Source: Hyphochytrium catenoides
Lineage: Eukaryota > Protista > Hyphochytriomycota
Assembly (NCBI GenBank): GCA_900088475.1
Contig: FLMG01001444.1
Location: 1-56,459, forward strand
Length of the DNA: 56,459 bases
Direction: 5' to 3'
The stretch's first letter is position 1, and every line of letters begins with the position of its first letter. Positions 1 to 12,140 of the stretch are shown here, in pieces. The notes beneath the pieces were generated by a model, which did no database searches, was not told the origin of the DNA, and saw only the letters and a list, made by a program, of their open reading frames with translations. The translations under genes were made by a program, and so were the position numbers.

Positions 1-3000
1 TGAAACCTTTAATATCTTTCCAAGCTTTCAGAGGTCTTCAATCTTTCTTGAGGCAGTTGCTGTTGATGGCTGTTGTTGTAGCTTTTGAGGGGACATTTCC
101 GTTCGACGGTGTTGTGACGTTCTCGTTCGTGCGTTCCGTGTCGCTCGTGGAAGAAATTATAGTCAAAGAGGAAATCTATGAAGCCTAGACAATACTCCAA
201 TCATCTACTGAAAATTACAGAAATGGAAGGAATCATGATTATAGGTGCGTGTCAGAACTGCTTGTAACTGTTGTGTTCTGGTTGGGTGGGTGGGTAGCTT
301 TGACCAGTGACAGGGTATATCAGCATTATTACATCTTGTCTCAGTCGTCTACCGTATATAGTTCACTGTTTACTACTAATAGTTCTATCTCGGTGCATGG
401 GATGGGTAGGCCATTTGCAACACCTTTGTACAGTACCCTCTCCCAATATATTCGCAGTCAGTGGTTGATACCAAAGCACCACAAAGTTTCTTACCTATTT
501 AAATATTACTTGCTCTTGTCGAGGCTATGATAACGTATGAGGGACAAACCATATTTCGTCGTCTGGCAATCTGTAGAAAGGAGAGAACCCACACTCTCAC
601 AGGTCAGCTGCAAAGGAGGAGGAGAGAGAGAGAGAAGAAAGAAGAGACCAGAAAGAAGAGAGAGAGAGGAGAGAAAAACGGGCCGTCACTCTTCAACTCA
701 ATCCACAACTTGACTTTCTATGGCCCACCAACAAACAGGGCGAGCCTCTCTCTCAGGCATCACTCTTAATCGTACGTAGAAAGTGTAGCTTGAGTTCTAA
801 AGGAGTTAGTGAGATCCTCGTTCGTTCTTACAAGGCCCAGCAGTAGCAGCTTTCCTTCTTGACGCTGTTTGTCAGTCAGAGGACTTTTGAACGCAAGGAA
901 GAAGTTGTTTCTCTGCTCGATAGCAGTAGTCGTCAACGACAGTCCAACGCATAGAAGAAAGCGAGGAACAACGTGGTGAGCGTTGGTAGGTCATCACTGG
1001 AGCAGCTCAGAACATCCGTATTCTTCGTGGCACTTCTTGACGTCATCATCGTCGTGAAGATTCGCACAGTCTACTACTATGTTTCATAGGAAGAAGAAGC
1101 GGAGGTCGGCACAGTTCATCTTCTATCTTCCCCTCTTTCTAGTCATCATGTTGATGAAGGATGAGGACATGATCTTCTTTTTGTCTTCTTCTATTTCGAT
1201 TCCTCTCGTCGTCTTCTGATGATGGCTTAAGTTTTATCATAGTATGACAGAAAAGTGAGAGTAGTTCTTTTCGATGAAGACAACAAGAAGGTAGTACTTC
1301 GGGAATGAAGAACCTGAGGTGAGCCTCCTTTTCTTGGAAGTGTAATGGTAAAGGACAAGTGTGAGCACCAAGAAGCAGAGCCCTTTTCTTTTTTTTTTGT
1401 CGCGGTGGTAGTAGTGCTCGTAGAATTGTTCTTATGATCCATACAAAATACGAGATGACGGGTGCTTACATAAGGTGGGAAACGCTTCGGGTTGGATGAA
1501 CCTATAGAGGTGTGAACCGAACTCTAGAAAGTTACTGCTGCTGCTACTCTTCGGACTTGCACCGCCTCCACACTAATTTGCTGCTGATCTTCTGAGTCAG
1601 ACTTTTTCATTCGAAAAGCAAATTTAGAAAGAGTCCAAGAATCTACTTCTCTCTTTTGGTCAGGCGTTACACTATCACTTTTTGCTGTTGTCCATCACCA
1701 TCATCATCATCATACTCACACCATAGCTGTCTTTAAATAAGAAAGGACAGCAAGCAGGAAGAACAGCGTCTACGCAGTTCCTTGAGAAGGACGAGGGAAG
1801 CCGAGAAGAACGAAGGAAGCCAACAAGAAGTGGTGGAGGAACTCTCGCCATATTATTCCTTGCAGATCTCGGACTTCTGTCAGCTGGCACAGTCTTTGGG
1901 CAGGTCTTCTGTACCACCACTGATGGGTCAAAGGAAGACCGCCAATCTTCCTCCTGCTGTTTGTCTGCTGGTGGGTTGCGCGAGCAGCACAACACCCAGG
2001 CCGAGGGGCGAGAAGATTGTGAGACCGGCGGTCAGCAGGAGGAGGATGAGGGGGAAGGAGTCGCCTCGCTCCTCGCTCAGCCACCATCATCATCATCATC
2101 AACATGCTCCCTGCTGCTGCGCTTCTGCTTATCCATTTCTTCCTGTTCTCATCTGCTGCACCCATTCTTTCCTTTATAATACCCAGCACCATCCGGCACT
2201 ATTATGATGTTGAGAAGAGTGATGATGATGATGATGCGCCAACTAACTGCCCTCTTCCTCTCCTCCTTACTTCCTCTTCTTCTTCTTCCAGTCACAGTTC
2301 CCGGTTCTGGGCAAATCCTCCTCCTCCTCATCACTTGGAGGACTTCCTAGTTATCATCTCGGTACTACATTAGGTTACTATAGATGAACAACATACAAAA
2401 CGACAAAACTACACTTTAGGTTTACATCCAGTTATCGAAATGGCGTACAAGTAGTTCTTACAACTGTGTACAAGTAGCCGCAGAAAGTATTGTACTTATT
2501 TGAAGACCAATCAGCTTGCCGCAGCTACAAGCTAGAAACCGTAGGTAGTTCCTACTTGAAGAGAAACAGAAAGCGTTTTCGTACTTATTTTATAATCTAT
2601 TTACAAGTATCCTAAGGGTAGGGTGGGTGTGTACACTAAACAGAGAATGGGTAGGCCCCACCTACCTTGTCATCATCTTCCGACCTTCTTGAGATCATCG
2701 CCAAAGATTGAGCTCTATGATCTTCGTCAGACTCGTGACAAGGAAGAAGGACCGAAGACAGACCAGAGCAGAGATGACAGGAACTAGGAGGGGAAGAGAG
2801 AGACGAGTGAGGGGTGGAGGGTGGACGACGGCCGAAGAGGCGAGAGAAAGAGTGCGAAGATGTGCCACTTTGATACTAATGAGGACGAGCAGGAGGAGGA
2901 GATGGAAGTAGGGATGATGTATGACGGAGGGAGAGTCTCTTGAGATGGGGACTTCCAAGAGAGACGGCAAGAAGGAGAGAAACGCAGCTAGCGCAACACT

Positions 3001-3244
3001 GACAGCAAGCACAGCGTAGGTTACTAGCAGAGGTGTTGTAATCTACGACATTCTGAGAACAGGGAGAGAGAGCACCTCCGCACCAAGAAGTGCCACTTTG
3101 CTGGTTCCTAGCCAATTCCGATAGCCCAGTTAGACTACGCCCTGCATCCCTGTCCTCCAGGGCTCCCGATCTCGAAAGTTGCCCCTATTGGCTTACCTGT
3201 CAACACTACCTACCTGTAGCCAGGACATCTCAAAGAAAGGAGTC

Positions 3245-3802
3245 ATGGTCAACAACCCTGCCAATGCGCCTTTCTCACAGCAGTTTATATTCTGTGAAGG
3301 CCAAGCCACAACCGATTTTGAAGCCATACTCAGCCTTCTTGACGGAGCTGTCGAGTGGCTCACAGCTCGTGGACGCTCAAATCAATGGGGCGAGCAGCCT
3401 TGGTCAGCTATTCCTGAGCGCTGTGACCGACTTCGAAGCATCATAGGTTCTCCGTCATCCACCATCAGACTTGCCGTTGAAAAGGAGACTGGAGTGGCTG
3501 TAGGTGCGCTGGTCGTGGGCGATAAGATGGACTATGCCCCCGAAGTAGCTGAGCCCGAGCTATACGTCAAGCTCCTAGTAACCCATAGACAGTACACCGG
3601 CCTAGGGCTAGGGAAGAAGCTTTTGAAAGAGGCTGAAGACGTCGCAAGGGAGAAAGGAGTTTCCTTAATGCGTGTAGACTGCTTTGGAGGCGGCGACAGG
3701 AAGTTGGTAGCCTTCTATGAGAGTGCAGGCTTTACCCCTGTGCAGCAGTTCACTGTGAAGGATACCTGGATTGGCCAGCTATTTGAAAGAAGAATAGAGT
3801 AG
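3245..3802 (+). CDS. GNAT-family N-acetyltransferase, intronless, ~185 aa
   Basis: ATG at 3245 inside ORF 3179..3802. Acetyl-CoA motif A (LYVKLLVTHRQYTGLGLGKKLL) and motif B (MRVDCFGGGDRKLVAFYESAGF) are present, with an N-terminal LDGAVEWLTARGRSNQWGEQPWS block. Confidence 0.9.
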   Translation: MVNNPANAPFSQQFIFCEGQATTDFEAILSLLDGAVEWLTARGRSNQWGEQPWSAIPERCDRLRSIIGSPSSTIRLAVEKETGVAVGALVVGDKMDYAPEVAEPELYVKLLVTHRQYTGLGLGKKLLKEAEDVAREKGVSLMRVDCFGGGDRKLVAFYESAGFTPVQQFTVKDTWIGQLFERRIE

Positions 3803-4236
3803 GAAAATAGGAAGAGGACAGCAGGAAAGAGCAAAGAAGACATTAGGAAGTGGGGGGATCGCGATAAACAAATGCAGAAGGCTGGAGAAGGCCCGAAGAA
3901 GGTCATCAAAAGAGCAGGACGGAGTCGGCAATCTTTTAAGTGATGCCTTTTTTGATCTGGTCCTTGGCAGCCCGAAGTAGCGATCTAGATCTAAGCAGTT
4001 CCCCGTTCTAGGAACAATGGAAAGCTTTTTGTGCAGCTCTGTTTTTCCCTTGTTAAGACGGTCATATGGTCAGTTCTATTTATGAATATTTGCTATTAAA
4101 AGACCCCGAAATCCTTTCAACCATAGATTAACGCCTAAGTGACGCACTTCCTCATTCTTATTGGCATGTGGCGGCTTTCTTCTTCGTATCCCCACCAACG
4201 CTGTCTTTTAAAAAACTATTGAACTAGTGCTGCTTA

Positions 4237-4866
4237 TTAGTTCTTGGGATCTAACGTGACCTGCTTCAGGACAGTGAAAGTGTTGCCAGGACCGTTGTCA
4301 GGACCATTGACTGCCATGGCTGCAGTGATTGTGACAGGCCCAACATTCGAAGCAGGTGCCTGCCATTTGAAGGTCACACGTCCTCCCTTGATGTTAGGGT
4401 TGGCATGGGTGATGGTAGATGCAACGGTAGGGTTAGCGGTGCCATCATCGTCGTTGATGATGTTCGCAGCAGCGCATACGGAGGCTGTCTGAGGGCGAAA
4501 GTCCTTAGGGATGTCGATGAACTTGCCAACATGGGCCTTGCGGGAATCTCCAACGTAGGTTCCGTTAGCAAGCTGGAACTCGTGAGGAGCGCCCTTTGCT
4601 ACATACAACAGAAGCCCTCTCCAGTCCTTTCGGACGATGAGGCCAGACCGCTGCACAGAGATGCGGATGATCTCATTAGGGCTGTAGGTGTACTGCTCTG
4701 GGGTGATAGAAGCAGAAAGAGCGACTGGATTTGCTGGTTCGACACCGTGGGCGTTCTTGATAGCATTAGGGTTGACTGCACATCGTGGGGCCCCGGTAGG
4801 CAGAGCGTCTGCTCCAGAAATGTATAGTAAGAGACCTACAGCGGCGGCAAGGGTGGGGATATACAT
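4237..4866 (-). CDS. Secreted Reeler-domain protein, intronless, ~209 aa
   Basis: Signal peptide MYIPTLAAAVGLLLYISGADA followed by LPTGAPRC...HG, TYSPNE.I.ISV, WRGLLLY, STITHANPNIK and VTFKWQAPASNVGPVTITA, all Reeler hallmarks. An in-frame upstream ATG at 5070 is less likely because it would bury the signal peptide. Confidence 0.8.
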   Translation of the reverse strand: MYIPTLAAAVGLLLYISGADALPTGAPRCAVNPNAIKNAHGVEPANPVALSASITPEQYTYSPNEIIRISVQRSGLIVRKDWRGLLLYVAKGAPHEFQLANGTYVGDSRKAHVGKFIDIPKDFRPQTASVCAAANIINDDDGTANPTVASTITHANPNIKGGRVTFKWQAPASNVGPVTITAAMAVNGPDNGPGNTFTVLKQVTLDPKN

Positions 4867-7503
4867 CTTCCACGTTGATAAGGAGTAACTGGTGGTTTTG
4901 TTGCACGGACGTCCTTTCTTCTTCGCAGCTATGATATGTGTGAGTTGTAGAGGGAAAATCCGAATGTGTGGCTGGTGGAAGAAGAGGACAAAGCGAAGAG
5001 CTGAAGATTGGAGCATGATGAGGTCCAGATAGTGTGAGAGTAGGGAAGGTACGGTGACAGTCGGAGTCATATCTCAGAGTTCTCGGAGATTCTTTCCGTG
5101 CTGCTCTGCCTAATATAAGTTCTCACCCCTCGGGCGGTTAACCGGTGCTAGATAACAAAGGGACCAGTAACTTGTGGTCTGTGAGTGCTGACGAAGGGAT
5201 AACTCACTGTACGCTCTTTCTTTGGACTCACGGTACACTCTATGTTTGAACTTGGAGGCAAGAGTTGCAAGAGTTCTGAAAGGCTGGATACGAAGCTAGA
5301 TGACTTTTCTTCCCTGCAGCCCTGGGTAAAAGAAGAGGACGTATGACCTAGAGAACTAGTAGCCCTTAACATGACCTGAAGAGTGTGACTCCTATCATCA
5401 CGTAGTTCTACGAAGATCTCCCAATCTTATGGGGTCTCATGTTCTTCGCCGTACTTGTACCCTCGAGGCACTGATACTACTACCAGATTCTTATTACCCT
5501 TTCTGCTCTTGATGGTCTGTTCTTTGGGATGCCTTGTCTCATTATGCTTAAGGTATCTACAATAGGCTCCTGCGGCGTGTCGGTATGGCTACGCCTTCCG
5601 AGGTCAATCTTTATTTTGTTACCTGTAACCTCCCCTTCTTTTCCTTGTTGTCCTCCACTTAACCGAAGCCCTCAAAAGATTAGGGTACACCATTGTCATC
5701 ATCATGACGGCGTCATGGCAGACTACCAGCAATAAAGCACAACGCCAGCCCTCCCAGCAGAGGCATGCTTAGACAGAACATAAGAGATGCAACAGTGCTA
5801 TAACCCACTACTGCCACTGCCACCAGATCCGTTCACTAGTCAAGGCGGAGAAACAATAGGCCTAAGACTTCACGGACGAGTAGCAGTAAAGGAAGGCAAT
5901 AATACCGAAACTCTGGAATAAAAGAAGAAGAGGAAGATGGTTCTCGAGTATTTCCTAAGCGCTGTCATCTGTCCATCATTGGGCACATAGCAGATGTGCC
6001 AAGAGAGAGCTGCTCATCTCATGGTAGTCTACACTTAGAATATGACGTCGTGGTGGTGCTACTGAGTGCTCGTTTATTCTGTTTGATTGCAGTGACGTAC
6101 CTCATTCTTTGACTCTTCTTAGCCTCCCCAACTTTCGCGACCTGCTTCTTATATTATCCAGCTTCTCTTCTATACACCGTTGGGCAACATAGTCCGGCGC
6201 TATCCCTGGCCATTGATTTCCGTTGCCTCTATCGTCCTACTTCTTCGCATGATCAAGAGAAGAGCGAGGGAAGCTAGGACCGGCATCGCCTCGTGGCTCC
6301 GGATGATGCTTCTCTCTCCCCTCTGTATGCTGCCCTCTGACGTGGGGAGAAGTGTATCCAGAGGGCAACTGCCACGAAAATAAACAGAGGAGAATTGGGG
6401 CAGATAGAAAATAGAGTACAAAGGCAGGAGGAGTGAGGACAGGCAAAGAGAGGAGGAGAGAACGTGGACACAAGACAAGAATAGAAGAAAAGAATGAGGC
6501 GACACGAAGATAGGCAACAGCCGCAAGAAGATACTCCGGAGTAGAAGCGAGGAACACGAGAATAGAGATCCCAGAGTGGACTCATTAACTTCGGAAGAAG
6601 ACCTCTGAGCCAATGACCGAATAGACTGTGGACGGAGAACGCTCTCTAGACATTCGGAGAGTGCGGCGGTGATGGTAGATTTCCCCCACCAGTCTTAAAT
6701 TCGGATACTTGAATAATTGAATAAGTGGACTGTGATAACCAAGAAAATAACTATGTACTTGTGGAAAGTACTGTAAAACGGTAGTACAACATCTTGTAGG
6801 TTTATAGTGCTTGTAGCACAGGTCAAGCAGGTATCCAATACCCAAACAAGTACTGTTACCTCACAAGTACCGTACATATTTGTACTTGCCGGTAGCGTCG
6901 CGGCCTCTTCTTCTTGGTGTTGGTACAGGCGATGCCTTGGCTCTTCGTCAGTCGCACCTCCTGCTGCCTTGTGTCCTTTCAACCTCTCAAACAGTCAATA
7001 AAGTGCATCGAGGTACTCTCTCCATTTCATCGGTTAGAACCGAACAAGGTCTGCTTCCTCCTTGGGATGGACGGATGGACAGAGTTGTACATCGACTGTT
7101 AGTAGTGTCTACCAGTGGTGCGACAAGGAAGAGCTGATTATGACGATGGTCCTTGTTGCAGGCTTGATTGTTGGTCGTCGGCCAAGCAAAGAGGAAGTGG
7201 TTAGAGACCTGGCGAGAAGCCCGACGAGGGGTGGTGATGGCTCAGTACGCATGATGGTCTTTGTATTTTGTCTATTGTCTTGTAACCGCACTAGATGATG
7301 CTAACGCTATCACCTTACCCGGAGACAACAAGGCAGGCAAAGCCCCATCTTTAAGCGATTGTCCCTCAGACAATGCCCATCTTTGAGGTTTTATCCTCTT
7401 CTGTTCCTACAACATGCTCTAATTCCTACTACTTCCCCTCATTCCCATTTTCAAGGAAGAAGCTCTTCTCCCATTCTTCCTATGCAACTTTGACTACCTG
7501 CTA

Positions 7504-8812
7504 TCACCCCTCGGCCGAGGGAGGACCGACTGGATGATTTGTTCCACTATCCTTGCGAGGAGTGACAGGAGGAGTCCTAGAGCCATCCTTTCGGGGACTA
7601 AGAGGAGGAGTTCGAGAGCCATCCTTTCGAGCACTAAGAGGAGGAGTTCGAGAGCCATCTTTCCGAGGGCTCAAGGGAGGAGACCGTCCGCCGTCTTTCG
7701 ATGGTGAACGCGTATTGTCTTGAAGAGACTTTCCTCCTCGGGTTGGGCCTTCAACATTTCTGTCGCTTCGGCTATGGTTCGCTACCCTCTCAGAGAATTG
7801 CTTGGACTCAATCCGTTTACTTTCTGCTTGTGCCTTAAAATCCACGCCTTTACTCCCGTCATCAGTGCTAGTAAAGGTCTGAATCTTGGTGATCTGACAT
7901 TCTGTAGCGAAGACGTTGCCATGTATGGCAGGCCCAAGCATATGCTTGAGGACATACGCCATGAGGTTACACCAGTCTCTCATCAGGCTCATGGTAGAAC
8001 TTTCCTCGAGGGCCATCGCTAGAGAGCTCAGTAAGGTCTCTGTATAAACGCTGTACATCCAAGGGCGAATCCCGCCCTTCGTCCGATGCACAACTCCCAT
8101 GTCTGCATAATCAAGCAAGAAGAGTATAGCAAGGCGACGTTAGCTTGAAGTGGAAAGTGAAGGCATTCTGGGGACGATGGGCCCTGTCCAAGCAGAGTTT
8201 AACTCCAGTCACTATGAAAAGACTAGGAAGTAGGAGGCATAACAGTCCATTAAAGTCAAGCGTAGGGACGTATATAGGGAGGCCCAAGGCTTAAGAATGG
8301 AGGAAGCTACGAACAATAGAGCTTCTTGTCCAAGGTCTGCAGGTTGCTGGCGTCAAGATGAGTCACGAACTCCAAGACTGTGATGAGGACATCCCCTTGC
8401 TTCTTGAGGTCACCGTGGAAGACAGCAGTGAACTGTTCTGACCTATCGTAGAGCTGCAGGTAGAAGGTTGTATAGAAGAAGGCGAGCCTTGAGATGGTGT
8501 CATCTGACAATCTTGTTGTCTTCACGAAGTGCCACGATTCGCTGCTCTCAAACATCCAGTCAGTATATTGTGCTAGGAAAGAAGAGAACCGCAAGAATCT
8601 AGAGAGCAGTAGGGATGTTACCGGCATCGCTGAATCATCTCTGGCGATATGTCTGGATGTATGGGGAATGTAGCAGGATAGTAGTGCTGAACAATCTGCT
8701 TCTCCGTAAACTTTTGTAAGGGATCTGAGGTGTAGCGTGAGAGCTCGTCTTTTCCCCTTCTAGACAGCGTGGTCCCTTGGCATACTCCTTGTCCAGGGTG
8801 ACATTGACCCAT
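7504..8812 (-). CDS. Single-domain 3/3 globin with N-terminal MGQC extension and C-terminal 12-aa repeats; exons 8812-8622, 8541-8315, 8102-7504
   Basis: Spliced product contains RESW (A12 Trp), FFYTTFYLQLYDRSEQFTAVF (B helix to CD1 Phe), DLKKQGDVL (E7 Gln), MGVVHRTKGGIRPWMYSVYTETLL (proximal F8 His, G helix) and DWCNLMAYVLKHM (H helix). Both introns are GT-AG and phase-consistent. Confidence 0.8.
7547..7705 (-). repeat. 36-bp coding tandem repeat (~4.5 copies) encoding SPRKDGSRTPPL
   Basis: The + strand unit ggaggagttcgagagccatcctttcg..actaaga recurs. Translation: SPSKDGGRSPPL/SPRKDGSRTPPL/SARKDGSRTPPL/SPRKDGSRTPPV/TPRKDSGT. Confidence 0.9.
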
Positions 8813-10721
8813 AGTTCCTGTTCTTCAATCTTTGAAAGATACAAACGATTGCTATGACGAGCGCGGTATATGGAAGAGCTTCTGTTTCCTGCTGAAGATG
8901 AACTTTATTAAGAAGTGTCAGGTATGCTCTCCGTGGAAGAATATTACGTCTGGACACGTAGTCGACACGCGGTTGTCGGCAAGAATACCCTGAAATCTCA
9001 TAGCTAAAAGTAGAGTATAGGATTGCTTTAAGCGTAGTCGCCCTGTTATTGTGGCATCATCGTGGCCTCCAATGCGACGCTACAATAATAGGAGGTCCCC
9101 TGCGGTCAAAGTACAAGGCATCTTCTCCAGTGGACATCGCCCTCACAAATTAGCTACCGCAGACTGAAAAGGGACAGAGAATGAAGTACGATGGCAAGAG
9201 ACAGCGGATCGGTAGAGTCGGTCCTGCTTTATGTACCGATCCGTTGCATGGCAGGACCATTATACCAGCTCTCATTGATGAAAGCAATATCTTTGTCAGG
9301 GCAAAAGCTGTCGGTTACAAGGCTTATGTCCCAAGGATGGTGGTTTGCAATGAGAAGGAGAACGTATCAACCGGTGAACATAGGCCACTCACTGATTGCC
9401 TTCTTCATGTCAAAGATCACCCTGTTGTGATGGGAGGTATATTTATGGCCAGCACAAAAGCCTAGTGTAGGAGCAACTAGTCTAGAGACCATAGCAAACC
9501 TGGTTAGGGGTATGTGTCAACCCTTTGTTCTGCTACTGCACTCACAGGTCACCATCTAATTGCTCTCTCTCTTCTACTGGCCCAGACTGCTGAGCGCATG
9601 TGCCCTGCGCCATGGGCACGTTAGAAGCGGATGCCGGCTGCTGTTCTTCGACCACGTCGGTTACTGGATAAGGTGAATGCCGTCTTTGAAGAGGCAAGCT
9701 TCCTTTTCGGATAGTACTTTCGTTATTTCGTCCTTGATTCTGACTATCTTCGGTGCTGAATGTAAAACGGTAGTGCAGAGGTCTTACACAGAAAGCTGTC
9801 TCTTTCTGTTTCGGCTCACAACATACACTACTACCGATTTATGTTCGGCAAAAGGCAGACTAAGCTTGGAGGCATTCTTCTGTTTTTCGTCCAGCCCATC
9901 GCCATGGCACCTTTACCCTGCACTCCCCTTACAGCCCATCATAAGTATTTGCAGCCAACATCTTCACCTTTTTTCGGTGCAGGCGAAGAGCACATCCCCT
10001 CTCGACAACAATGGCTCCTGCGCCTTTGACGTTGAGCAGTAGCTTCTCCTGCCTTCGATTATAGCAGCTCTCTGTCGATAGACAGTAAGGCGATCTCTCT
10101 GATCTTTCGTGTGCTCATTCTGCTCAGCAATTAGCGACGCCATTCCTCGCTTGTCAGCCTCAATACCATTCACTCATCTTTTTCATGCCAATGCTGACAG
10201 AATAGACTGGTCGGTCGACTGTGAGTTGCTTGGATAACAACTGTCTCACTCTCTTTTTGGTGCATGGTCTTATCCTATGACTCTGTTTTGAGACAAGCGT
10301 GTACCTCTAAATGGAGGCAGACCTCTTCTATCAAGAGGATGCTGGAAGTGTATGCTGTCACATCGCCAACTCCTCCTGATCTTCTGAATGCCAACTGGTC
10401 TCAATCTACATACAGTGCGTTCTTTGTAAAAGTAAGAACGACTGCACAAGCCCCTACTTTCGCGTGGTTGCTGAGAGCCATGGAGAAGAAAGGGGAAGCA
10501 TATAGACTGACGCCTGTCGTTGCCCAGCTTCTGGGTCGAAGCATTTTCTCACTAGGTTATAGAAGAGTCGTGAGGTGTATGACAAATGTGATCTATTATG
10601 CTGTCATTGCTGACGAGACACGGGAATAGCAAGACCAGCAGGACTTGAAAATGATACATTGAACAGGGAGAGCTAGCTGCCGCTTACCAGAGAGCCAAAG
10701 TGTCTAATCCTCTCTACTCAT

Positions 10722-12140
10722 CTAAAGCTCAATGGAGTTGCTTTCAGAAATTCTCTCTGCACGCCAGGCAAAGCTTGTCTTTTTATCCCCGTCTTCTTTG
10801 TTGACTAGCATGTCTTCAGATGATTGTTGGCGTTGGAGCTGCCTTAAGAGGGTGATACGGTCTGCTAAAGTGGAAGCGCTATAGTTGACCGTGCTATCAG
10901 TGGGGAGGCTCACATCTTTGTCCTCTAGCTTTATAAATTTTGCGTCGTTCCGAGAGGAGTAGGCGTCTATGTCTACCGTGGAAGCAATTGACCCGACTCT
11001 GGAACGACCAAACTCATCGAGGTCCACGTCGGTCCCGCCTTTGACAGTCTGTTGCATTTCCTTAGGGTCATCCTCATCATCTGAGGCACCATGTATCGGG
11101 GGCAAACAAAGTGCAGCAACATCGGCGGGTTGTTGGCTGCGATGTGTCTCATCGTCTGCAGAGGAATGCTGGGTTTCGTACCATAGTGCTGGAGGCGTAG
11201 CAAATGCCTTACTCTTGTCATGGTTTGTAGGGTCAGCATGACGCTTCGATGGGCCATTGAGCTGAACACAGTCCAGCGCAGTTTCTTCTCCGTTTCTGCT
11301 CAAGGGACTGCCGTCTATTAGCTTGTCGACGTTAGCACCCTCCTCTCCCTTTCGGCGATGCCGTCGTCTCCATATCACAACGGCTGCGACCAGCAGGATC
11401 AGGGCTAGTAAGACATAGCTGGCAATTCCTAAAGCTAGCCACAAGCCGCGGTGGCCCGAAGACTCATCTTTCTCATCACTCTGCAGATTGGAGGACGTAG
11501 AATTGTCAGCAGGAGGGCTGGCAGACGTAATCGGTGGACTGGGGTTGCTAGCAGATTCTTGTGGTTTTTCTTGTGTCCTTTCTGTTTCCCCTTTCGAGGG
11601 TGAAGGAGCGGGACTAGGCGCCGGTGTGGGCGCTTCTGACTCCGGAGGCTTTGTAGTCTGTGGAGCTGCAGACGTAGGTTGTGCCCCAGCATCGCCTGTG
11701 CCCGTGTCACTGCAGTCTGTAGCTGAGAAGACACCAAAATTGCAGCCACCATTAAGCTTCGAGTAACACTCGACAGTCTTCTCCTTTATGCTGCTTCCTA
11801 ACCGGCACTCTGGTAGTATGGGATCCGTTATCAAGGCAGAGGGAGAAGAGCCAGGACGCCGGCATTTCAGAGAGCATACATCATTGTCTCGTAGCTCTCG
11901 TGAGCTTCGGAAGAAGGTTGTCCGCTTGTGGGCGACATGCCCTATAGAGCTCGCAGAGACCGCTGTAGGCAGAGACCTTTTGTCAGCGACAGACACACTT
12001 TACCGAAGCCTGATTTCGCCACTCAAACTGCAATTTACCAGCGTACCTGTGAGGAATATGGGCTGCAGTAGGAGGAGTCTTATCAGCCAAAGTGAGTATG
12101 TCGTCGGTCCTTTGGGTGCCGAAGCTGCTGCTCTTCTCAT
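10722..12140 (-). CDS. Type I single-pass membrane protein (signal peptide, small Cys-rich region, S/T/P stalk, TM, long acidic tail); intron ~12046-11963
   Basis: ATG 12140 gives MRRAAASAPKGPTTYSLWLIRLLLLQPIFLT. An 84-nt GTACGC...GCTGAC...CAG intron joins it in frame to ORF 10722..11996. The TM segment GLWLALGIASYVLLALILLVAAVVIW is followed by RRRHRRK. Confidence 0.7.

Noticed and set aside
700-3100. Decayed transposon or pseudogene in low-complexity (CAT/GAT, CTT) sequence
   Set aside because: No transposase, RT or integrase motifs, terminal repeats or TSDs could be identified. A shared atgggtaggcc word at ~402 and ~2648 is too short to define element ends.
4244-4888. Antisense/overlapping ORFs on the Reeler, membrane-protein, folD and 53-55 kb genes
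   Set aside because: They are shadow ORFs of real coding regions with no recognisable motifs.
9181-9465. ORF with LIDESNIF resembling the first motif of NYN/PIN nucleases
   Set aside because: It is only 94 aa with no further conserved acidic motifs, so it is unsupported.
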